Positions 60,196 through 64,000 of a stretch of DNA of 64,000 nucleotides are shown piece after piece. The position numbers and the translations under genes are program-made. The DNA is from Podarcis muralis (taxonomy: Eukaryota): positions 24,738,001 through 24,802,000 of the forward strand of contig NC_135667.1 in the NCBI RefSeq assembly GCF_964188315.1, written 5' to 3'. The stretch's first letter is position 1. Each line of letters starts with the position of its first letter. Below the pieces are notes generated by a model. The model was not told the DNA's origin, ran no database searches, and was given only the letters and a program-made list of their open reading frames with translations.

Positions 60196-60329
60196 TGCTG
60201 TACTGTTTTTAACACTGATTGGGAGCCGCCCAGAGTGGCTGGGGAAACTCAGCCAGATGGGCGGGGTATAAATAATAAATTATTATTATTATTATTATTT
60301 ACTTGTATATAAGATTACACAATGTGAAA

Positions 60330-61123
60330 TTGTGCAATAAATGGGATCCTCCTTAACGAAGGTCCTGGTTGCTCTTGGGCTCCCAGGACACCCCCGCAGG
60401 GTGGGTTGTAGCTAAGTGTGGCCCAAGCCTTAACCGTTAGGCCCTGGGATTGTGCCAGGCTGTTTTGGCCAATCAGGGCGAGCGGTGTGATTCCCGGGGC
60501 CTATAAAAGCCGTAGCGCGATGTGATTGGGGGCACTTCCTTTGCGCTGCTGAACATGCTCCCTCCCTAATTTTACATCATGCTGCTTTGGCCTTGCTTTG
60601 GATTGGGTCACCTGTTTTGGAACAAGGGCTGGGTAGGAATGTTTTCCATTTGGCAGATTGACTGTAGCCACTTGGTTTTTCCCTACCTCCTTAAGCAATC
60701 GTCACAACTTTGTAAGGTTTGGTGGTTAGGCATTGGCTTATTGAAGTGTGTGGGAGGGCAGGTGCGGCCATCACCTGCCCCTCCAGAAACAGGGTATTCT
60801 GGTAAAGAAATCTGGGGGTCCTGGATCTCATTCGAAGTCCACTTGAGGGGCTAGGGCCATGCCAGGACCACAGGAACCCTGGGTGAGCTTCGATTGATCT
60901 TCATCGATGTGGCTCCCTCGTTTGGTGTTTACCCTTTCAGACTACCAGCCAGAGAGGCAGGAGTCAGTTATAGTCTGTTGCCAGTGCCTAAGCCATTACC
61001 ACTCACTTTGCTGTAATTAATAAATCCGTGGCCTAAAATTTTGCCCAATAACTTAAACTAAAATTTATGTGTCAGTGTGAAGTTATTTACAGGGGAAGGG
61101 CTTGGGGGCCTCGAAGTGCAAAA
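60330..61123 (+). mobile_element. Solo LTR (related to 33888 and 45052)
   Basis: GGCCAATCAGG, CCTATAAAAG TATA box, GCAATCGTCACAACTT core, TAATAAATCCGTGGCC poly(A) region. Termini are approximate. Confidence 0.65.
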
Positions 61124-61216
61124 AGGCTGAAAACAAGACTCAGCATTTATAGAACTGTTCCTCAACTGCCAGAGAAGTCAACACAGTCCACTCTTTCCAC
61201 AGAGTTCTGCTTTGAT

Positions 61217-61374
61217 CAGTGGCGTAGCGTGGGTTGTCAGCACCCGGGGCAAGGCAAGTAATTTGCGCCCCCTAGCCTGTGGATTTGCGCCCCCTAACCC
61301 ATGGATTTGCCCTAACCCCAGATGTTGTGCCCGGTGCGGCCGGCCCCCCCTGCACCCCCCACGCTACGCCACTG
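61217..61374 (-). mobile_element. hAT MITE, reverse copy of 17446-17612
   Basis: Same TIRs; TSD GCTTTGAT/ACTTTGAT. Confidence 0.9.
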
Positions 61375-63184
61375 ACTTTGATAATATGTTAACTTACAAG
61401 AAGACTCTAAGTTCAGATAAATTTAAGGTAGTCTCAGGTTTTTCACACCTAGGCAGGCTATTTATTCCATGAGCTTCTAATATGGATGAAGTGTGCAGAA
61501 CTGGAAAACACATTCAGTCAGGGTGGGACCATTGGATATGATCCCTACCCAAATATATCCATTCAGTCTTTCAGTATGATTATATTGTCTGAAATGGCCT
61601 GCAGGTGACAGCTATTAGGAGCTGTACAAAGTCTAACACAGAGTGTAGATCTGGGTCAAGCCTACACTTCTCCCTTCTCCCAGGACTTGGACCCTTTGAT
61701 TCAGTTTTCTGCTTCCACAACAAGGTACACCATAGGGTCAGAACACTGAGTTTCTATTTATGCAATCATCCATTCATCAATTATGATTATTTCCAATAAT
61801 TGTAACTTTTTACACAGACATACGTTTGGTTTGGCATTTTTTTAAAATGGTGAATGGAAGGAGACATGGTAAAGATGGGTTCAATACCTTATTTCCCAAT
61901 TGGCAAAGTGTACAGAGAGGAAAATCAAACTTTACAGTAAGCAAGTTTAGTTTCATCCTTACTGTATAGTGGGATGTGAGTGCCATCTTATGTTCCACTG
62001 TATTATTCATCTAGTTTGTATAATTGTTTGTTTTTAATCAGCACCTCATGTCAGGGAATGAAGAGGGAATTCAAGTGTCCATGCCAACATGCATGCTGAA
62101 TTAATTTGATTTGCAAAGTGTGTTGACTGTATAATTCTAAAATCACTTCACTTAGAATTACTGTGGCATCTACCAAACATTTTTTCTTGTTCCCTTCAGT
62201 TTGTAAAGACCACAATTAATGCTGTAAGAGCTACTACATATTAATTTAACTGGAATACTGTTTGAAATATTTTTTCCTCTTTATTGTAGGAATTAAACTA
62301 ATTTAAAGACGAAATATGCTTCTCATTATTTTACATTTCACAGTCTAGCTTAATTAGTTTAAATAGTTGTGCAGATACAAGATTATCTCTAGAGAGATCG
62401 TTATTTTTTTAAACTGAGCCTACAACCACCTCAAAAAAGTCAGGCTAATTAGGCTTCATTATGTTATTTGGAAAGCACAATAATCCCAAGAATGCTAATT
62501 TATGGGGCATATTTCTCTTTGTCTTCTTTTTGGAAAAATAAAAAAGGGTTAAAGCTTCTTTTTAAAGGTAATGTGCTTTTGGTTAATTAATGACAACCAT
62601 CTTCAACAGATGAGAAGGTCAATTAAGAATGAAGTTCACTGAACTATGGTGAAATAATTCCATCTCAGAAAACATACAGGTAAATGAAGCAGAAAAAACC
62701 CTCACGTGTTCCTCCTCTAATTTCCCTGGAGATGAGTTAAAACAGTTTATAGACAGTTATCAGTATTTAAAAAAGAATTATTTTCAAAATGTTGATTTTG
62801 TTGCTTGCTCATTTTTTTTAAATAGCAAAATAAACCTCTCTCACACACAAACTGGAAGAATAAACTCTACAAAGTAATGATTTATTTAATGCCGATTTTT
62901 GTGATTTTATAAGACATATTCAAGCCACCATTCAAGCAGTATTCCAGTGATTACTGGGGGGGGTGCATATGGGGACCACTGTCAATGAGAATAAATCATA
63001 TTGGGCTAGCTGGACCAATGGTCTGATTTACTGTAAGGGAGTTACCAGGTAATGTATGTCTATAGTGAACACACATAGGAGGAAGTGGAAGCAAGTCTCT
63101 GTTATGGCCTACATACAAAGTGGCCAAATGGTATCTATTGCTCTTAATACATTTTAAAGGAGGACGCTGGGGCAGGGGTGATGG

Positions 63185-63371
63185 CAGTGGCGGAGCTTCA
63201 TGCTCTGGCACTGGGGGGCGGAGAGCAGGCAGGGTGGGACTGGCGCATCCTGGGGGCGGAGCATGCCTCCTGCGGAGGCATGGTGCCAAGCACGGGAGGA
63301 GGAGGCAGCCACGATGGCACCCTGCCAGGATTGCACTGCGCTCCCCTTGCACTCCTCTTCCTATGCCAGTG
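63185..63371 (+). mobile_element. hAT-like MITE
   Basis: 8-bp TSD GGTGATGG on both sides; starts CAGTGGCGGAGC, degenerate right TIR. Confidence 0.7.
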
Positions 63372-64000
63372 GGTGATGGTGGCATACTTCTAAATCTCAA
63401 CAATTTAGGTGACAGTGTTCCACTGTGTGTACAGACCCAACATACTCTCATGAGAGGAATGGATCCTTTTGCATGGAATCAACAACCCCATCTGTTAAAA
63501 ATGCATGCACATACATTTGACCAGTAAAGAATTTGTCACACCAGGAAGTAGAAAAACACTGGTTTATTACATAGACATGAAAGAGACAGAGTATATGGTT
63601 TAGACAGAAGGCTACAAATATGGCAGAAAACCATCATTCAGTACATACACACCCCTTAGTCTTACAGAGTGAGAGAGTCCCAAGCTTCCTAAAAGGCTAG
63701 AGAAAATGAGCATAGCGATGTACCACAATACTCATACTAAAGGAAAGAAAAATAAGGGAGGGGAGAGATATACCTGATATTAGAGCAAGCAGCGCACAAA
63801 GTCAGGGATTCAAAATGTGTGCCTTCTACATGTTGTCAATATCATCCCATACTCTCCTGTTGTCTGTAGCAATGGTGGCCTCTGTCTTTCAAGAATTTGC
63901 TCAAAGGCAATAGCTGAGGACAGAGGTGCCAACTTGCAAGGGACATTGGGGGGGGGGCAACATTGTGTGTGTGATGTTGCACGTGCGATATCAGGATGTT

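Larger units (their letters stand above)
55646..60299 (+). mobile_element. Near full-length L2-clade non-LTR retrotransposon (single-ORF type)
   Basis: APE-RT ORF, 3' stem-loop and (TTA)n tail. The 5' limit is inferred from the adjoining tandem array. No TSD seen. Confidence 0.8.

Overview
Vertebrate genomic DNA, inferred to be a squamate and probably a lacertid lizard from its SINE/MITE repertoire. The window covers part of a class II (gamma, OR14-like) olfactory receptor cluster. It holds 8 intact single-coding-exon OR genes: one on the minus strand (2334-3254) and seven on the plus strand (10165, 15878, 22545, 30414, 36085, 41062, 48800). There is also an OR pseudogene with a 1-bp frameshift (53906-54822) and a 3'-only OR relic (7352-7507) that the ORF track misses. 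A recent ~8 kb tandem duplication (19881-27721 / 27722-36039, AAT microhomology junction) created the 22545/30414 pair. It also placed a second promoter and first exon upstream of the 30414 gene. A paralogous promoter module (homeodomain-like site, O/E-like site, TATA box, short non-coding exon, GT donor) recurs upstream of every intact plus-strand OR. Intergenic DNA is full of mobile elements: Tc1/mariner-type and hAT MITEs (several with readable TSDs, one nested), tRNA-derived SINEs, CR1/L2 fragments and solo LTRs. A near-intact ~4.65 kb L2 LINE (55646-60299) has a single nonsense codon in ORF2, no ORF1, and a hierarchical 121/128 > 249 > 498 bp tandem array at its 5' end. One assembly gap of 148 N lies at 19353-19500. 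All coordinates and counts were read by eye; family names for repeats are from recall and need database confirmation.
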